Both the position numbers and the translations under genes were made by a program. Below are positions 1 to 11,257 of a DNA stretch of 64,000 nucleotides, piece by piece. The first letter of the stretch is position 1; each line of letters begins with the position of its first letter. The stretch is from Cyclobacterium amurskyense. GTDB lineage: Bacteria > Bacteroidota > Bacteroidia > Cytophagales > Cyclobacteriaceae. The notes beneath the pieces were generated by a model. It did no database searches. It saw only the letters and a list, made by a program, of their open reading frames with translations, and was not told the origin of the DNA. Location: the NCBI RefSeq assembly GCF_001050135.1, contig NZ_CP012040.1:1646997-1710996 (forward strand). The letters are read 5' to 3'.

Positions 1-247
1 CTGGACTTTGGTTTATATCAAAAATCAACTCACTTTTATACTGGAAATAGCAATATAGAAATCAAGCTAAAAACCCTAATCTTAATACCCCACCAAATTG
101 AAGTCTTTTCACTCAAAACTCACCATCCTTAATCAATTTATCATCTCTTAGTTCATTATTAGCTCATTGCAATCAGAAATAGTCAAGAAAACAGCCTATT
201 CACTGCAAAGCTGAACCCAAATGGCTTTATTATAAATTTCAGATAAC

Positions 248-754
248 ATGTTACAAAAAACCACCGAATACGCTATTTGTTCGCATCAGAAAGTCAACCA
301 TAAATATGGAGACAGCGATTATGCTTACCACTTAGAAATGGTATTTACTGTTGCTCAAAAGTTTATCTATCTGATAGCAGAAGAGGATCAAGAGAATGTT
401 TATTGCGGCTGTTGGGTTCATGACATTATAGAAGATGCCAGAGAAACCTACAACGATGTTTTACAGAACACTAATGAAACCATTGCGGAGTTGGCATTTG
501 CCCTAACCAATGAAAAAGGGAAAAGCAGAAGCGAAAGAGCAAATGACAAATACTACCAGGAAATGCATAAAACCCCAAATGCTGTTTTCATAAAATTATG
601 CGATCGAATTGCCAATATAACGCATTCTAAAAGCCAGGGATCAGGTATGTACGAAAAGTATAAAAAAGAAAATGACAACTTTATACAAAAAACCTATAGA
701 CCCGAATTGGAAGACATGATCAAGCATATTGACGCTTTACTTGAAAAGGAATAA
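248..754 (+). CDS. HD-domain phosphohydrolase
   Basis: 168-aa ORF with H...HD metal-binding signature (CGCWVHDIIEDARE). Size and motif spacing are typical of small HD hydrolases. Confidence 0.55.
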   Translation: MLQKTTEYAICSHQKVNHKYGDSDYAYHLEMVFTVAQKFIYLIAEEDQENVYCGCWVHDIIEDARETYNDVLQNTNETIAELAFALTNEKGKSRSERANDKYYQEMHKTPNAVFIKLCDRIANITHSKSQGSGMYEKYKKENDNFIQKTYRPELEDMIKHIDALLEKE

Positions 755-783
755 ACAGTTACAAACCATTCCTCCTGCTACAA

Positions 784-1512
784 TTACCTAGATCCTTCAT
801 TGTAAATTACTGGCATTTTACCTTTCCAAGATGCCCAAAGCTCATCATCTACAATCAGTTGAGCCATCGCATGCCCTACATTTACGCGACTGGTTTTTCC
901 TGGATTAAAAATAGCACTTCTGATAGGTGATGTATATAGTTTGTAAACAGTGACCTTCTCTTCATTAATCAAAGAATCCGGACGGAGGACGACCCATTTT
1001 ATTAGAGGGTTGTTTTGTCCAATATTTACCCTTAAATACTCTGCTGCCTCTTCGTTGTCTGAATGAGGCGGCAGCAATTTTCGAATTAAGCCAATGACTA
1101 TCCTTTCCTTAAACGTAAGGGCTTCAACCAAATCCTTATTCCTGTTACCAGCAGTATTCATCAAGACAAGTTTGATAGGATTATCCGCACCGTTTCTTTC
1201 AATGGAATCACATAGCAACTGAACAGCATCCCTTACTAATTTTCTAGGCTTGCCAAATAGCCCACTCATAGACATATTGTGACCCAAGCAAGAGACTACT
1301 GCCTGACAATCCTTAATGTATCCAGCCATCTCCTCCACCCCAATCTCATTGATATTGGCAATGACAAGAGAACAATTACCCTTGTTTTTCCAGTGTTCTG
1401 GAATATTCCCAGTGGACCTTAGGATCACCTTAACCTCCTGACCTAATGCCAAAAGTTGTTCGACCAGTTTTCTACCTGTTGCTCCGCTGCCACCTACTAC
1501 TAAAGTTTTCAT
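784..1512 (-). CDS. NAD(P)H-binding atypical SDR / NmrA-like oxidoreductase
   Basis: N-terminal Rossmann motif MKTLVVGGSGATGRKLVEQL, 242 aa. Confidence 0.6.
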   Translation of the reverse strand: MKTLVVGGSGATGRKLVEQLLALGQEVKVILRSTGNIPEHWKNKGNCSLVIANINEIGVEEMAGYIKDCQAVVSCLGHNMSMSGLFGKPRKLVRDAVQLLCDSIERNGADNPIKLVLMNTAGNRNKDLVEALTFKERIVIGLIRKLLPPHSDNEEAAEYLRVNIGQNNPLIKWVVLRPDSLINEEKVTVYKLYTSPIRSAIFNPGKTSRVNVGHAMAQLIVDDELWASWKGKMPVIYNEGSR

Positions 1513-1652
1513 GTTTTAGGGCTTAAATAAATGCTTGGAATATCATTCTCTTTTAAATTTTCTGCATCATTAAATAATAAAACCAACCGAAAAATCAATC
1601 GGTTTCGAATAGAATCCCTTCCCTTCGACTCTGCACAGGGATCAGCTAGGTT

Positions 1653-2519
1653 TTACTCCTTTTTCATTCGGTCCACTTCTTGGTTAAAAAAATCTTCAAG
1701 CCGCTTTGTTCCATACTGGGTGGCGATATTGTCCTCCGCCATAGCTGTTAAGAAAAATTCAATCGGCCCATAGGTTTTTGAAGAAGTAAAAGTCCGCAAA
1801 GCACCAATTGTCAAACGTCTTGTCCAATCGGGCAGGTGAAGGATTTTTATAGGTTTACCCCAGGCTTTTAAAGCAAGTGCAGCCAACTCATTTTGGCTTA
1901 AAATATCTTGTCCTCCAACAGTGGCCTCCTTTTCTCCGGAAATCATTTTATCAACGCACACTTTTGCCAAATCCTCTCCATCAATGGGATTCAGTTTGAA
2001 ATTGCCATCACCAAATAAATATACCCTGCCGCCTTTGGCCATTTGTAAAAAATCTTTCATGTCTGAAAAAAATCCATTTGGCCGAAGCACACAGTAGGTA
2101 ATGTTTGCATCTTTTAGTTCCTCTACAAATTTTTCCTTGGCTTCAAAAATCTTTAAATGTTTTAGTTTATCCCCATTGATAGCTGAGATGTATTGAAATG
2201 ATGCTACTCCATCATGTAAGGCCTCCTTCAATAAATTGGAATTGCCTTGGTAATCAACATCCATATAGGTCAAACCATCCTTCTGCCGGGTGATCCCAAT
2301 GGTAGAAAAAACCCAATCTATTCCTTTGGCTATTCCTTTCAGACTTTTCGGATCAGTAACCTCACCAATAAAAAAATCATCTACAGATTCAAACTTATCT
2401 TTTTGCTGTTCATTTCTAATGAGCGCCCTCACCCAATAACCTCTTTTTTTAAGTTCCTTTACCAAGTACTGACCCAAATATCCAGTTGCCCCTGCTACCA
2501 ATACTTTCTTTGTATTCAT
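1653..2519 (-). CDS. NmrA-family NAD(P)-binding protein
   Basis: N-terminal VLVAGATGYLGQYLVKEL Rossmann motif, 288 aa. Paralogous to the adjacent gene. Confidence 0.6.
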   Translation of the reverse strand: MNTKKVLVAGATGYLGQYLVKELKKRGYWVRALIRNEQQKDKFESVDDFFIGEVTDPKSLKGIAKGIDWVFSTIGITRQKDGLTYMDVDYQGNSNLLKEALHDGVASFQYISAINGDKLKHLKIFEAKEKFVEELKDANITYCVLRPNGFFSDMKDFLQMAKGGRVYLFGDGNFKLNPIDGEDLAKVCVDKMISGEKEATVGGQDILSQNELAALALKAWGKPIKILHLPDWTRRLTIGALRTFTSSKTYGPIEFFLTAMAEDNIATQYGTKRLEDFFNQEVDRMKKE

Positions 2520-2814
2520 CTTTAGACTATTAAGAAATGGTGGTTTTAATTTGAATTGTCTACGAATAAAATCTAAAATAGGATTTCAAATTCAATCAGA
2601 AATGTAATGATTCATTAAAGAACCAAGCCTGATTGCGAGACTATTTAAAACTAGCATGAATTTAATACTAAAGCCTTTGCAAAGAAGTAAGCCAAATCAC
2701 CCAATAGCCTTTATAATTTCGGATGAAATCCCTTCAAAAAATGAAAATTAATGAAATTAGAATCCTTTTCTCCTTTTACGGAACCTTATATACTCCAAGA
2801 TGGGTTGACCTTTC

Positions 2815-4005
2815 ATGACTTTTAGCAGTACCATAAGCAGTTTAAAGGACAAAACAAGTAATCATTGGCTTGTATTGGGTATTTTATTGGTGTCCTTTAA
2901 TCTAAGGCCATCCATTACTGCCGTTGGTCCACTTATTCCTTTTATCCGGGAGGAAATGTCTCTTTCACATGGCCTTGCGGGATTTCTTACAACGCTACCA
3001 TTGCTTAGTTTTGCTGTTTTCTCTCTATTTTCCGCAGCCATTGGAGACTATTTTGGCAAGGCCAAGGCCATTTTTCTCGGGCTTCTTGTCTTAGGCATCG
3101 GTTCGCTTATTAGAGTTTCCGCTGGCCCTCTAGCCCTTTTTGTAGGCACCGCACTTACTGGCATAGGTATAGTTATCTGCAATGTTTTGCTTATTCCTTT
3201 GGTAAAGGCAAGAATGCCTAAGAAAACTGGAGCTGTTACGGGAATGTACAGCACTGGTATGTCTTTGATGGCAGCCGTCGCCACTGCATTAAGCGTCCCC
3301 TTGGCCATTGACCTTGGCTGGGGCTGGAGAGGGTCACTGCTATTTTGGAGCTCTTTGCTTTTTGTCGCCCTTATCGCTTGGTGGCCACAACTTAAATTAA
3401 GCCCTAAACCAAAGGTAAAGCCTGAAAAAACCAGTAAATCCGTGTGGAAATCAAGACTGGCATGGCAAGTAACAATGTTTATGGGCATCCAATCCTTCCT
3501 GTTTTTCACCCTGGTGACCTGGCTTCCGGATATGATGATAGAAAGAGGCTTGTCTCCAGTAGAAGCTGGATTGACGGCTTCTTTGATGCAAGTTGTAGGA
3601 TTGACAGGTACATTTGTTGCCCCATTCATCGCTGTCAGGTACCAACAACAATCCACCTTCAATATGTCCATAGGCATTTTATATATTGTAGGTTTTGCCA
3701 GTTTATTTATCCCTATTCTATGGCTAAATATATTAAGCATTGGACTGGTAGGATTGGGAATGGGGGCTAGTATCAGTCTGGCTTATACTCTGATTACCCT
3801 TAGAACAAAAGGGGATAATTACACCTCAGCCTTATCCGGTATGGCACAGTCTGCAGGTTATTTCTTGGCAGCTTTTGGTCCTATGTTATTTGGTATGGCC
3901 TTTGATATTTGGCACAACTGGGACATGTTGATCTACTTGATGGTATTGGCCTCCTGTATGTTTACCTATTTCGGATATTTTGCGGGAAAGGACAAAACAA
4001 TTTAA
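2815..4005 (+). CDS. MFS transporter (CynX/YycB-like)
   Basis: 396 aa, about 12 predicted hydrophobic helices, MFS-like loop between TM6 and TM7. Antisense ORFs inside it are ignored. Confidence 0.7.
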   Translation: MTFSSTISSLKDKTSNHWLVLGILLVSFNLRPSITAVGPLIPFIREEMSLSHGLAGFLTTLPLLSFAVFSLFSAAIGDYFGKAKAIFLGLLVLGIGSLIRVSAGPLALFVGTALTGIGIVICNVLLIPLVKARMPKKTGAVTGMYSTGMSLMAAVATALSVPLAIDLGWGWRGSLLFWSSLLFVALIAWWPQLKLSPKPKVKPEKTSKSVWKSRLAWQVTMFMGIQSFLFFTLVTWLPDMMIERGLSPVEAGLTASLMQVVGLTGTFVAPFIAVRYQQQSTFNMSIGILYIVGFASLFIPILWLNILSIGLVGLGMGASISLAYTLITLRTKGDNYTSALSGMAQSAGYFLAAFGPMLFGMAFDIWHNWDMLIYLMVLASCMFTYFGYFAGKDKTI

Positions 4006-4314
4006 CCAAGATCTCGCACTTTATTATTCCTCTTTTAGTCCAAAGATCAGTTGGTCAAAGGGCATTGATATGCACCCTTTGTCTTCATCTAACTAGGGGC
4101 AAAAAAAAGGTTTAAATAATTTCAGTTATTAGCCAACAGATTTCCTGCTTTTGAAGGGAATGCATTAAAGGCCAAATGGTCCACCCCCTATTGCTGACCT
4201 AACAATTAACATTAATAAAACCCTATAAATGAACTTATTACAACTATTGTAAAATAATTATAAAAATCAGTTTACTTTACTTACTTTTGCCTGCTCTAAC
4301 CTTTCAGTATTCTC

Positions 4315-4917
4315 ATGCAAGAATTTTTTGAATCCATTGGTATTTCCACACCTGTTTTTGATTATCTGGTGATGCCTCTATTGATCTTCTTTGCCAGGGT
4401 AGTGGATGTTTCCATCAACACGCTGAGGATTATGTTTGTGCTTAATGGCAAAAAGACCGTAGCTCCTATTTTAGGCTTTTTTGAAGCCCTTATATGGTTA
4501 TTGGCTATAGGACAAATCTTCCAAAACATCAGTAACCCCATGTCCTACGTGGCTTATGCAGGTGGTTTTGCAACAGGCACCTATGTTGGCATGGTCATAG
4601 AGGAAAGGCTCGCACTAGGCAGAGTACTTGTGAGAGTAATCACTCCAGAACCTTTGCCAGAGCTTGTAGAGTACATGAAAGAAAAAGGGTACAGATTTAC
4701 CTCTGTGGGAGCGGAAGGACGATATGGAAAAGTAATATTGATGTTTACTGTCATCAAAAGAGAAATGCTTAAAAGCTTTATCGGCAAACTTAAAGAAAGT
4801 CATGAAAAGGCCTTCTATACCATTGAGAGTGTGAAACGAATTTCGGAGGATGACTTGAACATAATGGAAGACAGACCTAGATTCACTAGCCGCCTAAGAA
4901 GTATCATAAGGAAATAA
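4315..4917 (+). CDS. UPF0316/DUF2179 (YitT C-terminal-like) membrane protein
   Basis: 200 aa with N-terminal TM helices and a C-terminal DUF2179-like region (ERLALGRVLVRVITPE...RYGKVILMFTVIKR). Confidence 0.5.
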   Translation: MQEFFESIGISTPVFDYLVMPLLIFFARVVDVSINTLRIMFVLNGKKTVAPILGFFEALIWLLAIGQIFQNISNPMSYVAYAGGFATGTYVGMVIEERLALGRVLVRVITPEPLPELVEYMKEKGYRFTSVGAEGRYGKVILMFTVIKREMLKSFIGKLKESHEKAFYTIESVKRISEDDLNIMEDRPRFTSRLRSIIRK

Positions 4918-4926
4918 TTCCAAACC

Positions 4927-5613
4927 TTACTCTTCAAATTTCACTTCTCCCAGGTTCCTCATATTCCTCAATATCCAAGCTTGTCTTTTTTTGATATAAG
5001 CAGTGGGCTTGTCGGGCCTCCACCTAATCGGGTTGGGGAGTACAGCTGCAATTAAAGCCGCTTCCTGCCGGGTTAATTTAGATGCTGGTTTCTTGAAATA
5101 ATATTGAGCGGCAGCCTCTGCACCATAAATCCCATCTCCCATTTCTATCACATTCAGGTATACTTCAAGAATCCTTTCTTTGCCCCACAAAAACTCAATT
5201 AAAACAGTGAAATAGGCTTCAATCCCCTTTCTAATAAAATTTCTTCCAGGCCATAAGAATACATTCTTGGCTGCCTGATTGGAAATGGTACTTCCCCCTC
5301 TTAACTGCTTTCCTGTTTTGTTACCTTCAAAGGCCTTTTCTATGGCTTCCCAATCAAATCCACTGTGTGTCAAAAATTTCTGGTCTTCAGCAGCGACTAC
5401 CGCCAAGTACAAATGAGGAGAAATATTTTCAATAGGCTCCCAGTCCTTCTTAAAAGCAAGGCTTTTGTCTTTTAAAATAGCTTGTTCCGCCGTTCTAATC
5501 CCCATTAAAGGCGTAAAATAAACTGGAAAAACGCTCAATAAAGCGACCAATACTATTGAGCCTACAAACAAGGCTAGCGACACCTTTCCTACCCAAGCAA
5601 TTATTTTCTTCAA
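4927..5613 (-). CDS. mtgA: monofunctional biosynthetic peptidoglycan transglycosylase
   Basis: GT51 motifs (EDQKFLTHSGFDW, GGSTISNQAAKN, RKGIEAYFTVLIE), a single N-terminal TM, 228 aa. Confidence 0.75.
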   Translation of the reverse strand: MKKIIAWVGKVSLALFVGSIVLVALLSVFPVYFTPLMGIRTAEQAILKDKSLAFKKDWEPIENISPHLYLAVVAAEDQKFLTHSGFDWEAIEKAFEGNKTGKQLRGGSTISNQAAKNVFLWPGRNFIRKGIEAYFTVLIEFLWGKERILEVYLNVIEMGDGIYGAEAAAQYYFKKPASKLTRQEAALIAAVLPNPIRWRPDKPTAYIKKRQAWILRNMRNLGEVKFEE

Positions 5614-5930
5614 AGAATGAATGTTTAATAAATTAAGCCACTAACAATTAAAAGCCTATCCTTCAATCCCTTAGAAGGCACCTTTTCCTTCTAATCAAAA
5701 TTTAGACCATAAAAAAGGCTTTTGAAGCAAGGAATAACTTCAAAAGCCTTTAGATGCCCCATGTACTCCGATTAAAATAACATCAGATCTCAAGGGGCAT
5801 GTATTAAACCCGAAATATGCAATAGACATTCTATTACATAATCCGTGTTAAATCAATAATTAAAATCTTACCGGCTTTAAATTCTTCTAACCCTTTTACA
5901 AGGTTAAAAACCCAATTCAATCATGATAAC

Positions 5931-7196
5931 TCAATCCTCTTCAGGAAATTGTGACATGTCCAACACTTCATCAGCAAGGTAGTGAGGATACATTTTCTTA
6001 TGAATCTTCTTTACTTCTGCTGTAATGCTTGTTCTAAACCCTTCAATATTGGTTGCGTTTTCGGCGGCCATAAATACCGGCTTGATGGCCGATTTCTTCG
6101 CATAACTCGCTTCCAATTTATCAAAATCAATAAAATTGGCCTGCTCCACTTCAAATTCCGACATTTCCATCAGTACTTCCTCTGAAGGCATTTTAGGAGC
6201 GATGTCAATTTTGTTGAAAACCATTATCATTGGCTTATCACCTGCACCCAATTCACTCAGGGTTTGATTGACAACAGCTATCTGATCTTCAAAACTGGGA
6301 TGAGAAATATCCACCACATGAACCAAAAGATCTGCTTCTTCTATTTCAGAGAGGGTAGATTTAAAGGACTCAATAAGGTGAGTAGGTAATTTCCTAATAA
6401 AACCTACTGTATCAGAAATCAAGAAAGGAATATTCTCCAGCACTACTTTTCTCACAGTAGAATCTACCGTTGCAAAGAGTTTGTTTTCTGCTAGAATATT
6501 TTCTTTAGTCAATAGGTTCATCAAAGTACTTTTCCCCACATTGGTATATCCTACCAATGCTACCCTCACAATGCCTCCTCTACTTTTTCTCTGCGTCTGT
6601 CCTTGCTTCTCAATTTTCTTAAGCTTCTCTCTTAGGATATCAATTTTTCTGCGGATATCTCGCTTATCCGTTTCTATTTCTTTTTCACCAGCACCACCAC
6701 GGGTTGCGGTCCCTCCTCTTTGACGCTCAAGGTGGGTCCACATTCGGGTAAGCCTAGGGAGTAGGTATTGAAATCGAGCCAATTCCACTTGGGTTTTGGC
6801 TTGAGCGGTTTGTGCCCTGCTTAAGAAGATATCCAAAATCAACATGGATCTATCGTAAATTTTGATCTTCAATTCATTCTCCAGCACCTTTACCTGAGAG
6901 GGGCTCAGGTCCTCATCAAAGATGACCATATCCACCGCGAAATATTCGATATAAGCTTTAATATCCTCAAGTTTACCAGAGCCTACAAAAGACCGGGTAT
7001 CAGGTTTATCCATTCTCTGGGTAAACCGATGAATGGCTTTTGCCCCCAAGGTTTCTGTCAGAAAGGCCAACTCATCCAAATGTTCATGAACCAAGGCCTC
7101 AGTTTCATTCTGATGGATAAGTGCCACCAAAATAGCGGTCTCTTCCTTTGGAGAGGTATCTACTAATTTTGCTAATTTTCTACTGTGTTTACTCAT
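5931..7196 (-). CDS. hflX: GTPase HflX
   Basis: 421 aa with HflX N-domain plus G-domain motifs (GYTNVGKSTL, DTVGF, NKID). Confidence 0.8.
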   Translation of the reverse strand: MSKHSRKLAKLVDTSPKEETAILVALIHQNETEALVHEHLDELAFLTETLGAKAIHRFTQRMDKPDTRSFVGSGKLEDIKAYIEYFAVDMVIFDEDLSPSQVKVLENELKIKIYDRSMLILDIFLSRAQTAQAKTQVELARFQYLLPRLTRMWTHLERQRGGTATRGGAGEKEIETDKRDIRRKIDILREKLKKIEKQGQTQRKSRGGIVRVALVGYTNVGKSTLMNLLTKENILAENKLFATVDSTVRKVVLENIPFLISDTVGFIRKLPTHLIESFKSTLSEIEEADLLVHVVDISHPSFEDQIAVVNQTLSELGAGDKPMIMVFNKIDIAPKMPSEEVLMEMSEFEVEQANFIDFDKLEASYAKKSAIKPVFMAAENATNIEGFRTSITAEVKKIHKKMYPHYLADEVLDMSQFPEED

Positions 7197-7414
7197 TCAG
7201 AAAGTATAATTCTATCTTTTTTTAATTCAGTAAATCATAACGCATTCTGGCGGCAATAGATTCACTATCAATTAAATTAAATTACTCTGCTCTAGGATCC
7301 CTCTTTACTTTATTTTCTTTTTACTCCCAACTTTAAAAATTCATTTTAAAATTTTATATCTTCAAAAGATATTTACGAATTTACACCGTTTTTTAAAATT
7401 ATAAATCCAAAGGT

Positions 7415-7966
7415 ATGGAAATCAGGGAAACGCCTATTAAAGATGTATATGAAATCTACCCAAAAGTATTTAAAGATGCAAGGGGTTATTTTTTGGAAAG
7501 TTATCGTCAGGACAAATTTGAAAGTAAAGGTTTAAACACCAACTGGGTACAAGACAATCAATCCTATTCAGAAGCTGGAATTGTAAGAGGCCTCCATTTT
7601 CAGACTGGAGCTCATGCACAAGCCAAACTTGTCAGGGTTATTAGTGGCAAGGTTTTGGATGTTTGTGTAGACCTTAGGAAAGGGTCAGCCACTTATGGGA
7701 AATTTCATTCCGTGGTATTGGATGAAAAACTTCAAAACATGCTGTATGTACCTACTGGTTTTGCCCATGGATTTGCAGTTTTAGAAGCAGCCGTATTCAC
7801 CTACAAATGTTCAAACTTGTACAATAAAGAAAGTGAAGGTGGAATTATTTGGAATGATAAACAGTTAAACATTGATTGGGGAGTCGATGAACCACTACTT
7901 TCTGATAAAGACCAATTGTGGCCTGACATTGAAAAATTCACAGAAATAAGCAAAGGAGGACTTTAA
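7415..7966 (+). CDS. rfbC: dTDP-4-dehydrorhamnose 3,5-epimerase
   Basis: 183-aa cupin. RmlC signature GYFLESYRQDKF...RGLHFQ...AHGFAVLE. Confidence 0.8.
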   Translation: MEIRETPIKDVYEIYPKVFKDARGYFLESYRQDKFESKGLNTNWVQDNQSYSEAGIVRGLHFQTGAHAQAKLVRVISGKVLDVCVDLRKGSATYGKFHSVVLDEKLQNMLYVPTGFAHGFAVLEAAVFTYKCSNLYNKESEGGIIWNDKQLNIDWGVDEPLLSDKDQLWPDIEKFTEISKGGL

Positions 7967-8721
7967 TGTCTATCATTAAACTATTCAGAAAATTTAAAAA
8001 TTCATCAAATGACAAGCCACTTGACCTTAGTTGGGTGGAAACAGACATGCACAGTCATTTGATTCCAGGCATAGATGATGGTTCACAAAAAATGGAAGAA
8101 TCCATTGAGCTGATCACCAGGCTTTCGGGCTATGGCTTCAAGAAGCTCATCATCACGCCACATATCATGAGTGAGTTTTTCAAAAACACACCTGAGATCA
8201 TCAATGCGGGTTTAGAGAAACTCAAATTGGCAGTAAAAGAGGCTGGAATTGACATTGAGTTGGAAGCTGCTGCAGAATATTACCTGGATGAAGTTTTGTA
8301 CGAAAAAGTGGAAAACAAAGAGCCACTTCTTCATTTCGGCAGCAACAAGATGGTGCTTGTAGAGACTGGTTTTATGAGCAAACCTCCCATTCTTTTGGAA
8401 ACATTTTTCAAAATGGAAATGTTAGGTTATCAGCCTATATTTGCACATCCAGAAAGGTACATGTACTTGCACCAAGAATCCGACACCTTGGAATCTTTGG
8501 TGGATAGGAACATTCCTTTTCAGCTTAACTTGCTTTCTCTGACTGGTTATTATTCCAAAGGAGTCAAAAAATTTGCTGAAAAATTGATTGACAAGGGTTT
8601 AGTGAAATTAGTAGGCACTGATTGTCACAACGAAAAATACCTTGATGCCATGGAAAGGTTGCCACATAGTAAATACTTTGACAAATTGCAGGAATTGGAT
8701 TTGTGGAATAAAAATTTATAA
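7966..8721 (+). CDS. PHP-domain tyrosine-protein phosphatase (CpsB/YwqE family)
   Basis: DMHSHLIPGIDDGS N-terminal PHP motif, 251 aa. The start overlaps the rfbC stop. Confidence 0.65.
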   Translation: MSIIKLFRKFKNSSNDKPLDLSWVETDMHSHLIPGIDDGSQKMEESIELITRLSGYGFKKLIITPHIMSEFFKNTPEIINAGLEKLKLAVKEAGIDIELEAAAEYYLDEVLYEKVENKEPLLHFGSNKMVLVETGFMSKPPILLETFFKMEMLGYQPIFAHPERYMYLHQESDTLESLVDRNIPFQLNLLSLTGYYSKGVKKFAEKLIDKGLVKLVGTDCHNEKYLDAMERLPHSKYFDKLQELDLWNKNL

Positions 8722-8740
8722 CAACAACCTGTAAGCGTTA

Positions 8741-9709
8741 TTGCGTGTGAAAAAAATATTGATTACCGGCATTACCGGACTTTTGGGAAGCTATCTAGCG
8801 AAAAGCTATGCTGGTGAGGCAAAACTATCAGGTCTCAAAAGACCAAGTAGCAGCACGGCACTTCTCGGAGACTTATCCACTCAGGTTCAATGGTATGAAG
8901 GTGAAATCACAGATGTAGAATTACTCATTGAGGCTTGCAAGGATCAGGACCTGGTTATCCATGCTGCCGGCATGGTTTCCTTTGATGAATCCAAAAAGGA
9001 GGCCTTATTGAAAACCAATGCGCAAGGAACTGCTTGCCTGGTCAATGCCATGCTTTCTACCAACTGCAAAAACCTGGTTTTTATAAGTTCGGTGGCGGCA
9101 CTTGGAAAGGACAATATTCCTATCATCAATGAAAATCAAAAATGGGTCAATTCCACAATGAATACTCCCTATGCAATTTCCAAGCATCTTGCAGAACTTG
9201 AAGTATGGAGAGGTGCTCAGGAAGGTCTTGAAGTGATGGTTTTCAATCCATCCGTACTCCTCGCTAAAGTAGGAGATGAAAGAAGCAGCAGTCAGATATA
9301 CCGCTATGTTTTAGATGGCCACAGTTATTATCCAACTGGACACATCAATTACATTGACATAAGAGATGCTGTTTCGCTTATCCATTCCATAATCACCTCA
9401 GAATCCTGGGGCAACCGATACATTATCAACAAAGAAGCCGTTCCATATGAGAAATTCTTTAAGGAAATGTCTACTGAATTCAAACTAACAGCTCCCAAAA
9501 AACCTTTAAATAACTGGATGGCCAAATTGGTCGTTAATTGGTCTATGTTTTACAATTATTTTGCCGCAAACAAAATTCCTATTTCGCGGCAAACGATTCA
9601 AAATGCACAAACCAAAATCAGCTATGACAACACTAAAGTAAATGAATTAACGAATTTTACCTATACACCTTTGAAGGATACATTTAAATGGGCGATGTCA
9701 GAAAATTAA
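8741..9709 (+). CDS. NAD-dependent epimerase/dehydratase family protein
   Basis: ILITGITGLLGSYL Rossmann motif. The YxxxK-type region is consistent with the extended SDR family. Confidence 0.6.
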   Translation: MRVKKILITGITGLLGSYLAKSYAGEAKLSGLKRPSSSTALLGDLSTQVQWYEGEITDVELLIEACKDQDLVIHAAGMVSFDESKKEALLKTNAQGTACLVNAMLSTNCKNLVFISSVAALGKDNIPIINENQKWVNSTMNTPYAISKHLAELEVWRGAQEGLEVMVFNPSVLLAKVGDERSSSQIYRYVLDGHSYYPTGHINYIDIRDAVSLIHSIITSESWGNRYIINKEAVPYEKFFKEMSTEFKLTAPKKPLNNWMAKLVVNWSMFYNYFAANKIPISRQTIQNAQTKISYDNTKVNELTNFTYTPLKDTFKWAMSEN

Positions 9710-9807
9710 AAAAACTGCTTGACGTTAAATTATCTTAAACATATAAATGCATAGCCCTTCAAAAAGAAAATATTTGGTATCTTAAGTTTAAAATATACAT
9801 CAAACCT

Positions 9808-11220
9808 ATGACAGGAGATTTTGATAATCAACCAGATGAAGAGAAAGAGTTGGTTAAGAGGTTTGAAAACTCACTTAGCGCTAACTTGGACTTGTTCTTC
9901 GGAGAAGAAGAACTAGAGGACATCATTAGATATTACCATGACCATTTTAAATATAGAAAAGCATTAAAAACAAGCGAATGGGCCCTATCAAAATTTCCAT
10001 TTTCAATAGAAATCAAACTATTGATGGCCCAATCACTCATTTTCTTAGATGAAGTAGAGGATGGTTTGGAAATTCTTGAAAACCTAAACAATATCTCTCC
10101 AAACAATGAGGATATCGTACTGACACTTGCCAATGCCATGTCTATTCTTGACCAAAATGCTGACGCTATTCAGTTGCTAAATAGTTTCATGCCCTTGGCA
10201 GAAGACAAAGCGGAGGTTTTTTACCTTTTAGGTAATTTTTACAGAATTGAAAACAAAAACAAAGAGGCCATTGAATGCTTGAAGGAAGCTGTAAAACTCA
10301 AAATCAATCATGAGGACGCCTTGTTCCAATTGGCCATGTTGACCGATGAGGAAGGCTCATTTGATGAGATTTTAGACTTCTACCAGGAATTTATTGACCA
10401 TGACCCGTACAATGCCAATGCATGGTACAATCTGGGCGTAGTCCACAATCGCCTGGGAAATTTCGAAGATGCCATTGAGGCTTACGATTATGCCCTTTTG
10501 ATAGACGACACCTTTTCCTCTGCCTATTTTAACCTGGGCAATGCACTGATGAACACCAATCAGTATGAAAAAGCGCTGGAAGCCTATCAAAACACCATAA
10601 ACTGCGAAGGAAGCAATGCCGAAAACTGTTGCTATCTGGCTGCCTCTTATGAAAAGCTGGATCAGATAGACATGGCTTTCAAATATTTCAAAAAGTCAGC
10701 AAAGTTAGATTCAGAATACGATGATGCTTGGTTTGGCTTAGGTATGTGCATGGTCAAAAAGAAGAAGTATTTTGAGGCCATTCATTATTTTAAAAAGGCC
10801 ATTAAACTCACCGCTGAAAATGCCAGCTACTGGGTAGGACTTGCCGATGCGGAATACGAATTAGGCAATCTTCAATCAAGTTCCGAAGCCTATGAAGAAG
10901 CTATCAATCTGGAACCCGGCATATTAGAAACTTACGTCAACCTTTCTTTGATCTATTTTGACCAAAACCGATTTGAAGAGGCTGAAGATGTCATAATGGA
11001 AGGATTGGAGGAATTACCTGAAGAAGCATCCTTGTATTATCGATTGGTAGTATACATGATTAAGACAGGTAAATACAAAGAAGCCTTTTCAATTTTGGAA
11101 AATGCATTAACTTTGGACTTTGAAAAACACATCTTGCTTTATGAGTTGATGCCAGAACTGGAACAACAAAAAGCAATCTTCAAAATTATCAAACAGTATA
11201 GAGAGGGTTTGAAAGAATAA
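9808..11220 (+). CDS. tetratricopeptide-repeat protein
   Basis: 470 aa with repeated W-LG-Y-A-F-A-P TPR-like units (AWYNLGVVHNRLGNFEDAIEAYDYAL etc.). Confidence 0.65.
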   Translation: MTGDFDNQPDEEKELVKRFENSLSANLDLFFGEEELEDIIRYYHDHFKYRKALKTSEWALSKFPFSIEIKLLMAQSLIFLDEVEDGLEILENLNNISPNNEDIVLTLANAMSILDQNADAIQLLNSFMPLAEDKAEVFYLLGNFYRIENKNKEAIECLKEAVKLKINHEDALFQLAMLTDEEGSFDEILDFYQEFIDHDPYNANAWYNLGVVHNRLGNFEDAIEAYDYALLIDDTFSSAYFNLGNALMNTNQYEKALEAYQNTINCEGSNAENCCYLAASYEKLDQIDMAFKYFKKSAKLDSEYDDAWFGLGMCMVKKKKYFEAIHYFKKAIKLTAENASYWVGLADAEYELGNLQSSSEAYEEAINLEPGILETYVNLSLIYFDQNRFEEAEDVIMEGLEELPEEASLYYRLVVYMIKTGKYKEAFSILENALTLDFEKHILLYELMPELEQQKAIFKIIKQYREGLKE

Positions 11221-11257
11221 AAATTCTTGTTTATCTATTTTATCAAAATCACATTGA

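Noticed and set aside
3048-3770. Antisense or overlapping ORFs inside the MFS transporter gene (3048..3740 -, 3444..3770 +, 3451..3651 -)
   Set aside because: They are embedded within a well-supported 12-TM transporter ORF, their composition is low-complexity, and they carry no motifs. Treated as frame shadows. The same applies to the many 60-140-aa ORFs inside ileS, the RND genes, the TonB receptors, flotillin (31150-32925) and the giant ATPase.
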